A stretch of DNA of 64,000 nucleotides from Vulcanimicrobiales bacterium (GTDB lineage Bacteria > Vulcanimicrobiota > Vulcanimicrobiia > Vulcanimicrobiales > Vulcanimicrobiaceae), in NCBI GenBank assembly GCA_038215615.1, contig JBBQQR010000011.1:9599-73598 (forward strand), written 5' to 3'. Position numbers and translations under genes: made by a program. The notes under the pieces were generated by a model that saw only the letters and a program-made list of their open reading frames with translations, did no database searches and was not told where the DNA came from. Shown piece by piece: positions 9,995 to 19,428 of the stretch (within the stretch, counting starts at the first letter, position 1; each line of letters opens with the position of its first letter).

Positions 9995-10552
9995 ATGTCG
10001 GTCTATCGCGTCTTGGACAAACTGGAAACTTTCGTGCACGACGGAACGTGGCTACCCGCCGGCTATCGTATCCTCAGCGAAGAACGGCTGATGGAGTTCG
10101 TCGAAAAGGTCCGTTCTTCGCTCCCTGAAGAGATGGGGCGCGCGAAAATAATCGCGAAGGATCAAGATCGGATGCTACGCGCGGCGCAAGAAAAAGCGCA
10201 AACGATCGTTACCGAAGCCGCGAGCAAACATGAAGAATTGCTCGACGACCACGAGATCGTGCAGCGTGCGCGGACGACCGCCGATGTCATCCTCAAAGAA
10301 GCGGAAGAACGCGCCCGTAAGGTGCGCGAAGGCGCCGACCAGTACGCGCTGCAGACACTGGGGTCGCTTGAGAACAGATTGGCCGGCGCCCTCGGTTCGA
10401 TCCGCAAGGGGCGTGAGGCGCTCGCGCCGCGCGCGCAGGCTGAGCCCGCGCAGCCGATGGCTGACGCTGCAGCCAAGAGCAAACGGGCAGCGTTCGACGC
10501 TCAGGCCGCCGACGAGACGACCCAACTCGAATCGGTGGAAGTCGTTCAATAG
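9995..10552 (+). CDS. Coiled-coil protein (DivIVA/ATPase-subunit-like) commonly found after coaD
   Basis: GGAGG RBS; helical A/E/K/R-rich sequence with LPEE and GADQYA motifs; syntenic position. Confidence 0.7.
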   Translation: MSVYRVLDKLETFVHDGTWLPAGYRILSEERLMEFVEKVRSSLPEEMGRAKIIAKDQDRMLRAAQEKAQTIVTEAASKHEELLDDHEIVQRARTTADVILKEAEERARKVREGADQYALQTLGSLENRLAGALGSIRKGREALAPRAQAEPAQPMADAAAKSKRAAFDAQAADETTQLESVEVVQ

Positions 10553-10559
10553 GATTTCC

Positions 10560-11549
10560 ATGCGGGTGAGGGTCGCGCGCAACCGCGTTGCAATATACGC
10601 GGCGTTCGCGGTGCTGGCGCTCATCTGCGCCTTTGCGCCGACGCCTTACTCGCTGATTCTACCGGGACATGCGCTCGATTTGGGCGACGTGGTTTCATTA
10701 TCGGGGCTTACTCCGCAAGCGCATCTGTACTTGACCGACGTACGCTTTGCGACGCGCGTGACGCCGCTTGAATTGTTGAGCGCCTTCACCCCGGGAGTGC
10801 GCGTGGTCCGGACCGACGATGTGCTGCCCCGCGGCTTTACGCCGGCGCAATACGACGACGTCGAACGCGACGCCATGAGCGAGAGCCAAACGATCGCAGC
10901 GGCGGTTGCCGAGCGTGCCGCCGGATACCGCGTGCCAGCGCCGAGAAGCCGCGTGATGATTCTGTCTTTTTCGGCCAAGTCGGATGCAGTGCACGTCCTG
11001 CGGGCGCTCGACGTCGTCACCTCGATCAATGGAACCTCCGTCGAGACCGGAGCGCGCCTCGCCGAAGTGATGCGTGGGATCGCTGCCGGGACGATCGTCA
11101 CCGTCGGCGTGTTGCGTCACGGTTCGGCGCACACTGTGCGCGTGAAGACGGGCGCTTATCGCGGCCGCACCGTGCTCGGCACCTATTTGACCACGATCGT
11201 CGACCCGCCGCGTCTGCCGGTTGCGGTCCGTTACCATCTGCCGCACGTCGCCGGAAGTTCGGGCGGCCTCATGTTTGCGCTCGAAATTTACCGTTCACTC
11301 AAGCGCGACCCGCTGCCCGCGGCACTGCGCATTGCGGGAACCGGCACGATTGCGTACGACGGAACTGTCGGTCCAATCGAAGGCGCCGCGCAAAAAATCG
11401 CCGCGGCGCGCGCCGCCGACGCCACGCTCTTCCTCGTCCCGGCGGAAAATTACGCGGAAATCAAGGACACGCCGGGGATCCACGTCGTGCCGGTCGCCTC
11501 GTTTGGCCAGGCCTTGAAAGCGGTTGCGTCCGCGACGATTCCGCAGTAA
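10560..11549 (+). CDS. PDZ plus Lon-like S16 protease (YlbL/SdrC-like)
   Basis: N-terminal TM, PDZ-like segment, GSSGGLMFAL Ser and GTGTI...QK Lys dyad; start moved to ATG 10560. Confidence 0.88.
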   Translation: MRVRVARNRVAIYAAFAVLALICAFAPTPYSLILPGHALDLGDVVSLSGLTPQAHLYLTDVRFATRVTPLELLSAFTPGVRVVRTDDVLPRGFTPAQYDDVERDAMSESQTIAAAVAERAAGYRVPAPRSRVMILSFSAKSDAVHVLRALDVVTSINGTSVETGARLAEVMRGIAAGTIVTVGVLRHGSAHTVRVKTGAYRGRTVLGTYLTTIVDPPRLPVAVRYHLPHVAGSSGGLMFALEIYRSLKRDPLPAALRIAGTGTIAYDGTVGPIEGAAQKIAAARAADATLFLVPAENYAEIKDTPGIHVVPVASFGQALKAVASATIPQ

Positions 11550-11555
11550 GGGCTC

Positions 11556-12503
11556 CTAGACCGGCGGCGCCTGGACGTTTTGGGCGAAGGCTTCCAACTT
11601 CGCGCGATCGATCGCTTTCACGCGCCCGCGATCGAGTTCGACCGCGCCCGCGTTCTTAAGCCGCAACAGTGCGCGTGCGGCCATGTCGCGTACGGTGCCG
11701 GCCGCCGCCGCAATCTGAGCCTGGGAAAGATTTTCGACGCCGGGAAGTCCGCGCGTCATTCCGACCGAAGCTCGCGCATAACCGAGCAGGAACTTGGCAA
11801 CTCGCTGCAAGACGTGGGCGAACGCCAAATCGGCGATCGTATCGATCGAACGGCGACGCGCCTGCGAGGCTTCCGATAGAAAACCAAGAGCCAGCTCGGC
11901 ATCATTGCGGCAGGCGTGCAAGACGGCTTCGCTCGCTATAGTAAAAATTGTGGCATCGGTGAGTGCCTCGGTGCGCGTCGTCGCTCCGCCTTGGTCGAAC
12001 GTGCCGCTGTCGTTGAGCGTATCGTGCGTCAGCCGCTCGCCGAGAGTATGCGTTTTTCCGTCAGGCGAGAGCAGCGTCAGGATCACTTTGCCGGATTTCA
12101 CGATGCCCAGATATGGCCAGACTTCGCCTTCGTCAAAAATCGTCTCGCCCGCGCGGTACGTTCGCTCGGTCATTTGCCGGGCCAAATCGCGCAGCGTTGC
12201 GGCTTTGGCACTTCCAAAAGGCGCGACGTGCTGCAGCAGCGCTTCGGGTTCGGCGTTTTCGTCGATGCGCTCCACCCGAATCGTCCAGCGGTTCGAGCCG
12301 AGGTTGCGCGCGTCCCACGAAAATTTTCCCGGCCGCAGCTGCGCGAGTTCGTTACGCAGCGCGCGCGGATCGGTTTCCTCGTTGAGCTCAAGGATCGCGT
12401 TGAGGGCGAGCTTGTCGAACGCCTCGAGAATCTGTTCGGTGCGGGTTGCGGGCTGCAAAGCGCGGGCGTCCATCGTAATCGTCGCGGGCCTATTCATTGG
12501 CAT
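11556..12503 (-). CDS. Crp/Fnr-family regulator with N-terminal DUF2249-like domain
   Basis: cNMP-type barrel (GETIFDEGE, GKV) and C-terminal HTH (LSQAQIAAAAGT); first ~80 aa fit the DUF2249 pattern. Confidence 0.85.
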   Translation of the reverse strand: MPMNRPATITMDARALQPATRTEQILEAFDKLALNAILELNEETDPRALRNELAQLRPGKFSWDARNLGSNRWTIRVERIDENAEPEALLQHVAPFGSAKAATLRDLARQMTERTYRAGETIFDEGEVWPYLGIVKSGKVILTLLSPDGKTHTLGERLTHDTLNDSGTFDQGGATTRTEALTDATIFTIASEAVLHACRNDAELALGFLSEASQARRRSIDTIADLAFAHVLQRVAKFLLGYARASVGMTRGLPGVENLSQAQIAAAAGTVRDMAARALLRLKNAGAVELDRGRVKAIDRAKLEAFAQNVQAPPV

Positions 12504-12565
12504 CGGGCCTCTGATTTGGGGGTTTTACGGCGGTCGCCTGCAAGGGCGCCGGTTCCCCACCGTTG

Positions 12566-12571
12566 TAGGCT
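12566..12571 (+). promoter_or_regulatory. Putative -10 of a leaderless thiolase mRNA
   Basis: TAGGCT 6 nt before GTG 12578; no SD. Confidence 0.4.
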
Positions 12572-12577
12572 GGCACG

Positions 12578-13780
12578 GTGACTGAAAACGATGTCGTGGT
12601 TCTGGCCGGCGCAAGGACGCCTTTCGGCAACTTCGGCGGCGCGTTAGCCGAGCTCACCGCGACCGACCTTGCGGTCGCGGCGGCGGAAGGGGCGATCGCG
12701 CGCAGCGGAATTCCGAAAGATCGCATCGACGACGTTGTGTTCGGCAACGTCATGCAAACGAGTGCGGACGCGATCTACCTTGCCCGGCATGCCGCCTTAC
12801 GCGCCGGCATTCCGATCGGCGTGCCGGCGCTCACCCTCAACCGCTTGTGCGGCAGCGGCCTGCAGGCAATTCTCACTGCGGCGAATTCCTTGAGGCTCGG
12901 GCAGAGCACTTATGCGCTTGCCGGGGGCACCGAATCGATGAGTCAGGCGCCGCACGTTGTGCGCGGCGCGCGCAAAGGCTTCCCGCTGGGCGCGGGCGCG
13001 AAATTTGAAGATACCTTATGGGAGGCGCTCACCGATTCGTACAACGGCTTGCCGATGGCGATAACCGCCGAAAATCTCGCCGAACGTTACGCCATCGCTC
13101 GTGAAGCCTGCGATGAATTCGCGCTGCGTTCGCAAGGGCGCTCGCTCGGCGCACAGAGCGACGGATATTTCGGCGAAGAAATCGTGGCTGTGCAAACGCG
13201 GGGCGCCAAAGGGCAGCCGCTCTCTGTAGAAAAGGACGAAGGTCCGCGCGCCGGCCTTTCTATGGAGAAACTTGCCAAGTTACCGCCGCGATTTCGCAAA
13301 GACGGCGTCGTGACTCCCGGAAACGCGAGCGGCATTACCGACGGAGCTGCGGCCGTCGTACTCACGACTGCGCGGCAAGCGAAGGCGGCCGGGCTGAGTT
13401 GGATCGGCAGGCTCGTTGGTTTCAGCGTGGTCGGCGTCGATCCGGACATCATGGGAATCGGACCGGCCGTCGCTATTCCTAAAGCCTTGGCCGGCGCCGG
13501 CATCAAGCGTAACGATGTCGCGGTGATCGAAATCAACGAGGCATTCGCGCCGCAAGTGCTCGCGTGCCTGAAAGAGATGAGTTACGACGCCCAGTTCACC
13601 GATGAGCGGCTCAATCCGCACGGCGGCGCGATCGCGCTCGGGCATCCGCTCGGTGCGTCCGGAGCACGGCTGGCATACACCGCGTTGCACCACTTGCGGC
13701 TTGGCGGCGGCGGATATGCAGTAGCCTCCGCATGCATCGGGGGCGGTCAAGGTATCGCCGCGGTTTTCAGCTCTGAATGA
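12578..13780 (+). CDS. Acetyl-CoA C-acyltransferase (thiolase)
   Basis: NRLCGSG, NEAFA, GHPLGASG, CIGGGQG. Confidence 0.96.
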   Translation: MTENDVVVLAGARTPFGNFGGALAELTATDLAVAAAEGAIARSGIPKDRIDDVVFGNVMQTSADAIYLARHAALRAGIPIGVPALTLNRLCGSGLQAILTAANSLRLGQSTYALAGGTESMSQAPHVVRGARKGFPLGAGAKFEDTLWEALTDSYNGLPMAITAENLAERYAIAREACDEFALRSQGRSLGAQSDGYFGEEIVAVQTRGAKGQPLSVEKDEGPRAGLSMEKLAKLPPRFRKDGVVTPGNASGITDGAAAVVLTTARQAKAAGLSWIGRLVGFSVVGVDPDIMGIGPAVAIPKALAGAGIKRNDVAVIEINEAFAPQVLACLKEMSYDAQFTDERLNPHGGAIALGHPLGASGARLAYTALHHLRLGGGGYAVASACIGGGQGIAAVFSSE

Positions 13781-14307
13781 ATCTCTTGCGGCGCTTTGCA
13801 AGTGTGCGGCTGATTTTCGATGTACTGGCCATCGCGTTGGTGGCATTTATCGCTTACCGCTTGCTGCTTGCGCCGCGCTCGCTGCCCGAGAGCGCCGCTT
13901 ATCCGGCACCCGCGGTGCATTTCCAAGCGCTCTCCGGCGCGCCGTTCGCTCTAGAGAGGTTGCGCGGTCACGTCGTCTTTCTGGAATTCTATGCCTCGTG
14001 GTGCACGCCGTGCCGCATTTCGCTGCCGCTGGTCGAGTCGTTCGCTCGCACGCATCCGCAAGTGCGGGTCATTCCGGTGGACGTCGGCGAGCCGCGCGAG
14101 CTGGCTGTGGCTTTTGCGCGGCAATACTCACTGACCAACGTCGTTATCGATCCGCCGGCGCTTTCGCGCGGCTTCTTTCAGTTGCAGGGGTTTCCAACGA
14201 TGGTCGTGATCGATGCGCACGGCCGCATTCGCGCGACGTGGGAGGGACTCAATCCCGCGATCCAGCTGAACATGGCCCACGCGGCCAAGACGCTGGCGCT
14301 ACTCTAA
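13777..14307 (+). CDS. Membrane-anchored TlpA/ResA-like thiol-disulfide oxidoreductase
   Basis: N-terminal TM, FYASWCTPC, GFPT cis-Pro loop. Confidence 0.88.
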   Translation: MNLLRRFASVRLIFDVLAIALVAFIAYRLLLAPRSLPESAAYPAPAVHFQALSGAPFALERLRGHVVFLEFYASWCTPCRISLPLVESFARTHPQVRVIPVDVGEPRELAVAFARQYSLTNVVIDPPALSRGFFQLQGFPTMVVIDAHGRIRATWEGLNPAIQLNMAHAAKTLALL

Positions 14308-15278
14308 GGCCAATTTCCGTCGATTTCGGCCATCAGTGTCTGGCCGGGTGTTACCGTGAAGCCGGGCAATTTGTAGTGCAACACGTTGTCGAACGGTTTG
14401 GCGTAGACCGGTCCAATCGGTTCTCGGGCAAACCCGATGGTCAAATCGTAATTCAGCGTATCGTCAAGCACGAATGGAAACCAAATGTCGATGGTTGTGC
14501 CCGGCGCGAACGTCACGGGTTTGTCGCCGTCAATCGTCAGATCGAAATACAGAACCGACGTTGAGATAAATCGCAGCGTCGTGCGGTAGGGGATGATCTC
14601 TGCTTGCGTCGGCGGCCGCGCGTACGGAATATGGAAGAAGGCATTACGCGCATTGTTCTCCGCGTACCGGACGGCAATTTCGTAACCCGACGTGTCGGAG
14701 CGAAAACTATCCAAAGATGCACCCGCCGCTTCAAGCTGCTGAATGGCTTGGAAGTGATAGTACGCCGTGAAGCATCGAGGCCGTACAAGAACATTAGGCC
14801 CCACGCGGATGGGGGCGGCGGCCGAGAGATGGCTGCGGACGTCGCCGTTGTGCGCAGCGGCGGCCGAGACCAGCTCGGCCGGCAGACCGTAGCTCAACAG
14901 GGAAGCGGGCGTAGGGTCGCTGTCCCACTGCCTCACGGTTCCGGAAAGAGGGTACGCAGTCGTCGCGGCATCCCAGCAGCTTCCGACCAAATAGATGTCC
15001 ATTGCATCCCACCAGCGGTCGTACTGACGAATTAGGCCCATCACGCCATGACTGGTTCCGATGTCCCATGACAGAAGCGCCGCGTCCTTGACCGCGACGA
15101 CATCGGAGATGCGAACCGCGGCCGGATCGACCTTATACCGCCGCGCGGTATGGGCGAGAAGCCGCTGAGCAGCAAAATGCAACTCGCGAACGTCGCCGCG
15201 TGGCCCAAAATCGTCGGCGCGCGCGAAACCGGACGCCGCCGCAATCAGCGCCACCCAGAGAAGGATCCGTACCTTAAT
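14304..15278 (-). CDS. Hypothetical secreted protein (start uncertain: ATT 15278 or GTG 15254)
   Basis: Long ORF filling the gap; signal peptide KVRILLWVALIAAASGFARA. Confidence 0.65.
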   Translation of the reverse strand: MKVRILLWVALIAAASGFARADDFGPRGDVRELHFAAQRLLAHTARRYKVDPAAVRISDVVAVKDAALLSWDIGTSHGVMGLIRQYDRWWDAMDIYLVGSCWDAATTAYPLSGTVRQWDSDPTPASLLSYGLPAELVSAAAAHNGDVRSHLSAAAPIRVGPNVLVRPRCFTAYYHFQAIQQLEAAGASLDSFRSDTSGYEIAVRYAENNARNAFFHIPYARPPTQAEIIPYRTTLRFISTSVLYFDLTIDGDKPVTFAPGTTIDIWFPFVLDDTLNYDLTIGFAREPIGPVYAKPFDNVLHYKLPGFTVTPGQTLMAEIDGNWP

Positions 15279-16068
15279 TGCCGCTCCAGTCCGGTTTGCG
15301 CTTTTCAAGAAACGCACTGGTGCCTTCCTTAAAGTCTTTAGTACCGACGAGCGTACCGAACTCGACCGATTCCAGCTCGAGGGCATCGGCGATCGATAAA
15401 TGCGCGCCCGCGTTGATGGCGCGTTTCGTTCCTTCGATCGCCAGCGGAGCTTTGGTCGCGATGACGTTGGCGATGCGCTTGGCTTCCTCGAGCAATTGGG
15501 CTTGCGGTACAACCTTTTGCACGAGTCCGATGCGCAGCGCTTCCTGCGCGTCGATCGTCTCGCCGGTTAGGCACATGTACATGGCCATGCCTTTTCCAAC
15601 GAGCCGCGTGGTGCGTTGTGACCCGCCGTACCCCGGCATTAACCCCAGGTTCACTTCGGGTTGACCGAATTTTGCGTTCTCGCTTGCGATCAGGATGTCG
15701 CCTGCCATAGCGAGCTCGCAGCCGCCGCCGAGTGCGAACCCATTGACGGCCATGATGACCGGTTTCTTCATGCGTTCGATTTGCAGCGTAACGGCTTGTC
15801 CGCTGCGCGCTTTTGTCGCGCCCTGAAAAGGACTGCGCAGCGCATTGAGCTCGGCAATGTCGGCGCCTGCGGCGAATGCTTTGCTGCCCGACCCGGTGAT
15901 GATGAGCACGCGGACGCTTGCGTCGCCGTCCAGCGTTTTGAGCGAGCTCGAGAGTTTCGCAAGCAGCTCTGCGTTCAGCGCGTTGAGGACTTGCGGCCGG
16001 TTAAGCGTCAGAACGGCGATCGCGCCGTCTCGTTCGATTGCGACCGGTTCGGCGGTTGGAGGGTTCAC
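15274..16068 (-). CDS. Enoyl-CoA hydratase (crotonase family)
   Basis: AFAAGADI, GGGCEL, FGQPEVNLG with both catalytic Glu. Confidence 0.95.
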   Translation of the reverse strand: MNPPTAEPVAIERDGAIAVLTLNRPQVLNALNAELLAKLSSSLKTLDGDASVRVLIITGSGSKAFAAGADIAELNALRSPFQGATKARSGQAVTLQIERMKKPVIMAVNGFALGGGCELAMAGDILIASENAKFGQPEVNLGLMPGYGGSQRTTRLVGKGMAMYMCLTGETIDAQEALRIGLVQKVVPQAQLLEEAKRIANVIATKAPLAIEGTKRAINAGAHLSIADALELESVEFGTLVGTKDFKEGTSAFLEKRKPDWSGN

Positions 16069-16087
16069 GGCCTGAAAAATTGTCTAA

Positions 16088-16116
16088 TTGCGTGCTTGGA
16101 ACCTTGCGGTTATACT
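16088..16116 (+). promoter_or_regulatory. Sigma70 promoter, leaderless phoU transcript
   Basis: TTGCGT-N17-TATACT, then 6 nt to ATG 16123; no SD. Confidence 0.65.
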
Positions 16117-16122
16117 GTACAG

Positions 16123-16758
16123 ATGCGTACCGCATATCACGAGGCGCTCGAATCAACTCGCCTCGACGTCGTCCGGCTCGGCGCTTTGGCCGGCGATGCC
16201 ATACGCATCGCAGTCGAAGCATTGGAGAAACGCGACAGTTCCGCAGCGGCGCGCGTCATCGCCGGAGACGACGCCATCGACGATCTACGCCGCAAGATCG
16301 AAGCCTCGTGCATCGAACTGATCTGGCGTCAGCAGCCCGTTGCGGGCGAGCTTCGCGAAATCGCGGCGATGCTGGAAATCGCTACCGATCTCGAACGGAT
16401 CGGTGATTACGGCGTAGACATTGCCAAGCACGCCATAAAACTTGCCGAGGTAACGCTGCGTCCGGTCCGCGTGGAGATCGATCGTATTGCCGAGCTGGCG
16501 ATCGCGACACTTGTGGGCGCGATGCGCGCGTACACCGAGCGCGACGCGGAACTGGCCTCGCGCGTTATCGACGAGGACGACGAAGTCGACCGGCAGTATA
16601 AGCGCAGCGTGCGCGCGCTGGAACAAGAGATGCAGGCCGATCCGGAAATGGTACCTGCGGGAGCGCGCATTTTGTTCGTGCTCGCAGAGCTCGAACGCGT
16701 CGGCGATCGCGCGAACAACATCGCTTGGCATACAAAGGAAATGATCGGCGACGCTTGA
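16123..16758 (+). CDS. phoU: Phosphate signalling protein PhoU
   Basis: QQPVAGELR, DLERIGD, ELERVGDRANNIA repeats. Confidence 0.95.
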   Translation: MRTAYHEALESTRLDVVRLGALAGDAIRIAVEALEKRDSSAAARVIAGDDAIDDLRRKIEASCIELIWRQQPVAGELREIAAMLEIATDLERIGDYGVDIAKHAIKLAEVTLRPVRVEIDRIAELAIATLVGAMRAYTERDAELASRVIDEDDEVDRQYKRSVRALEQEMQADPEMVPAGARILFVLAELERVGDRANNIAWHTKEMIGDA

Positions 16759-17897
16759 CGCCCCCGCTTCCGCGCGAGCTCTTCGCCGTAACCCGTTCCT
16801 CCAAATATTTCAATCACGCCGCAGTCGGCGTTCTTCCCCAACCCACGCGGCAGGCGCTCCAAGAGTTTATTGACTCGCACGCGGAGGCGGGCGTGCTCGG
16901 CGTCTTTCCTTACGAACGGAATATGCCGGCATACCGCGCGCGCATCGGGGCGTTTATCGGCGCACGCCCGGGGGAGATCGCGATTTTGCGCAACACCGGG
17001 GACGGCGCCAATGCGCTAAGCGGAGGTTATCCTTGGGAAGAAGGCGACGAGCTCATTCTGCCCGACGATGAGTTTCCCGCAAACGTCCAGCCGTGGCTGC
17101 CGCTGCGTAAGCGCGGCGTGAACATACGCTTTGTCGAAACGCTCAAGGGCCGGATGACGCCCGACGTTTTGCGCGCGCACATCACTTCACGCACGAAGAT
17201 CGTCACGGTTTCGTGGGTGTCATTCCAGGATGGATATCGGCACGACCTCGCCGGCCTGGCCGAAGTCGCGCACGGCGTGGGCGCGCTCTTTTGCGTCGAC
17301 GCGATCCAGGGCTTGGGCGCATTTCCGCTGGACGTGCAAGCGTGCGGAATTGACGCGCTCTATGCCGGTGGCGCGAAATGGCTGCTCGCTTTGCAAGGCG
17401 TGAGTTTTTTGTATCTGCGCGCGGAGCTGCTCGACCGCATTGGGACCGCTTCGCCGGGCTGGCGTTCGACTGCCGACATGTGGGACTTTCTGGACTACGG
17501 GCAGCCCTACGTTGAGGACGTCACGCGCTTTGAAGGCGGCACGCCGAACTTCATCGGCGCGCTCTCGCTGGCCGAATCCGTGGCGGTTATCGAGGCGGCT
17601 GGAACTTCGCGCGTCTCGGCGCACGTTCTCGGGCTGACGGACCGGCTCGTCGAGAGACTGCATCGCGCGGGCGCGCACGTTGCGAGCGTTCGAAGCGCAA
17701 CGGAGTCCTCGGGCATAGTGACCTTTTCGTTTCCGGATACTGATCCGGTGGCACTGGGGAAGCATCTGCAAAAGGAAGGCTTCGTGACGACGTATCGCCC
17801 TACAGGGATTCGTGTTGCGCCGCACGGCTATAATACCGCTGAAGAAATCGACGCGTTCGCCGATGCTATCGCGGCGTATCGAATGGAGAAAAATTGA
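16755..17897 (+). CDS. Class V PLP-dependent aminotransferase/lyase
   Basis: YFNHAA, VDAIQ, GGAKW (PLP Lys), RFEGGT; TTG overlaps the phoU stop. Confidence 0.9.
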   Translation: MTPPLPRELFAVTRSSKYFNHAAVGVLPQPTRQALQEFIDSHAEAGVLGVFPYERNMPAYRARIGAFIGARPGEIAILRNTGDGANALSGGYPWEEGDELILPDDEFPANVQPWLPLRKRGVNIRFVETLKGRMTPDVLRAHITSRTKIVTVSWVSFQDGYRHDLAGLAEVAHGVGALFCVDAIQGLGAFPLDVQACGIDALYAGGAKWLLALQGVSFLYLRAELLDRIGTASPGWRSTADMWDFLDYGQPYVEDVTRFEGGTPNFIGALSLAESVAVIEAAGTSRVSAHVLGLTDRLVERLHRAGAHVASVRSATESSGIVTFSFPDTDPVALGKHLQKEGFVTTYRPTGIRVAPHGYNTAEEIDAFADAIAAYRMEKN

Positions 17898-18553
17898 TGC
17901 TGGCACTGGTTTTTGTTCTTGCAGCCGCAGCGGCTCCCGCGACGCCGGCCGATGGTGCATACACGTACACGGTTTCCGTCGGCGGCGCATCGGCCGGAAA
18001 AACGACGATTCAATTAACGCACACGGCCGGCGGTGTCCAACTCACCGAAGCGGCTTCAGCCAGTTACGGCGGAGCCGATTTTGCCGGCACTTCTACGTTG
18101 GATCTGGACGAAAAGCTGGCGCCCGCGGGTTACACTGCCGTGTACAGTCCGCCGGGCCGAACGGTCCACGCGTCGCTTACCTTCAAGGGAAAGACGGCGA
18201 ACGAGAGCGCGGATAACGGCAACATGGCCTTCACGCTTGGGCCAAACACCAAAAACTTCGCAGTGCTCGACGGCACGATGTTTGCCGGATTCTTCATCTT
18301 GCCGGCGCAGTTGCGCGCCTGGAGCACGCAGTCTTTTACGGCGGTCTCGCCCATGTTCGGGCACGGCGGTGCAATCGCGCTCGACGCCGCGCTCAAAGCG
18401 GATCGGCCCAAGGATGTGCCGGCCGCTGATTTGCCGCTCTCCGTGAGCGACCCGGTCGAGTTTACGCTTTGGTACGATCCGGCGACGCTCATCGTCGACG
18501 AGTTGGTCGTGCCGCAACAAGACGCCACCTACTCGCGGCTACGCGCGCGTTAG
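17897..18553 (+). CDS. Hypothetical secreted beta-rich protein
   Basis: Signal peptide; TGATG coupling; GGAG RBS. Confidence 0.7.
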   Translation: MLALVFVLAAAAAPATPADGAYTYTVSVGGASAGKTTIQLTHTAGGVQLTEAASASYGGADFAGTSTLDLDEKLAPAGYTAVYSPPGRTVHASLTFKGKTANESADNGNMAFTLGPNTKNFAVLDGTMFAGFFILPAQLRAWSTQSFTAVSPMFGHGGAIALDAALKADRPKDVPAADLPLSVSDPVEFTLWYDPATLIVDELVVPQQDATYSRLRAR

Positions 18554-19357
18554 GAGCAGCTCCGAATAGGATTGGGTGAGCAGCGCCTCCGAATTGCATG
18601 CCACAGGGCGCCTGCGGCGCGAGTCCAAACGCTGCACGCTGAATCCCCACTCCGCAAAGCGCCGCAGCTCCCCGGCGGGATCGTAACCCGCTTCGCGCAG
18701 AAACGATGGGCAAAACTCGATCATCAGCATGAGCGGCTGCGATCTATCTCCAAAAAGTTTGGTGCCGCCGTTGAGTATCCAGGTCTCGGCGCCTTCCGCA
18801 TCGATTTTCACGAAATCGAACGTCCGTCCGAGCTGATCGAGCAGGGCATCGACGGTGGTGACCACTACGGTGAGCGCTTCGCGTTCGGTTTCGCGAAGTT
18901 GCGGAATCTGCTGGAGATCGGCGACGAGCGTTCCTCCGCCCCTGTGTCGCTGCGCGCGGCGGAATTGTGCCGAACCCGGACTTTCGCCGACGGCGCGGCG
19001 ATCGACGGTAACGCGCGCGCCAAAGCCGTTGATCTCAACGTTATCTTCGGCGATCTGCGCGAGTTCGGGGTCGCATTCGAACGCATAAACCGAACCGGAC
19101 GGTCCCGTCAAGTGCGCCATCAGAAGCGTAAAATAGCCGACGTTCGCGCCTACTTCAAGCACGCGCATCCCGCGCTTGAGGACGCGGCGCAGTGTCGCTT
19201 CCGTCCACTCTTCCCACACGCCGTCGAGGATGATGTGCGGGGAAATGCACACGTCGTTGGCGGCGACGTACATCTTTAAACCGCCGGCGGTGCGCGTCAA
19301 TACGCGGCCTCCACCGACATACGTGCCGGGCGTACGTGACATGACCATCGCTTGCAC
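18539..19357 (-). CDS. FkbM-family SAM methyltransferase
   Basis: EVGANVGYF, KIDAEGAE; start may be ATG 19348 or 19342. Confidence 0.9.
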   Translation of the reverse strand: MQAMVMSRTPGTYVGGGRVLTRTAGGLKMYVAANDVCISPHIILDGVWEEWTEATLRRVLKRGMRVLEVGANVGYFTLLMAHLTGPSGSVYAFECDPELAQIAEDNVEINGFGARVTVDRRAVGESPGSAQFRRAQRHRGGGTLVADLQQIPQLRETEREALTVVVTTVDALLDQLGRTFDFVKIDAEGAETWILNGGTKLFGDRSQPLMLMIEFCPSFLREAGYDPAGELRRFAEWGFSVQRLDSRRRRPVACNSEALLTQSYSELLLTRA

Positions 19358-19428
19358 GCGATTTTCGGCCGTTCCTGGCAGGAGCGGGCGCGCAATCTGC
19401 GCACGTACTAGCGCATCGGAGGTAGCTC

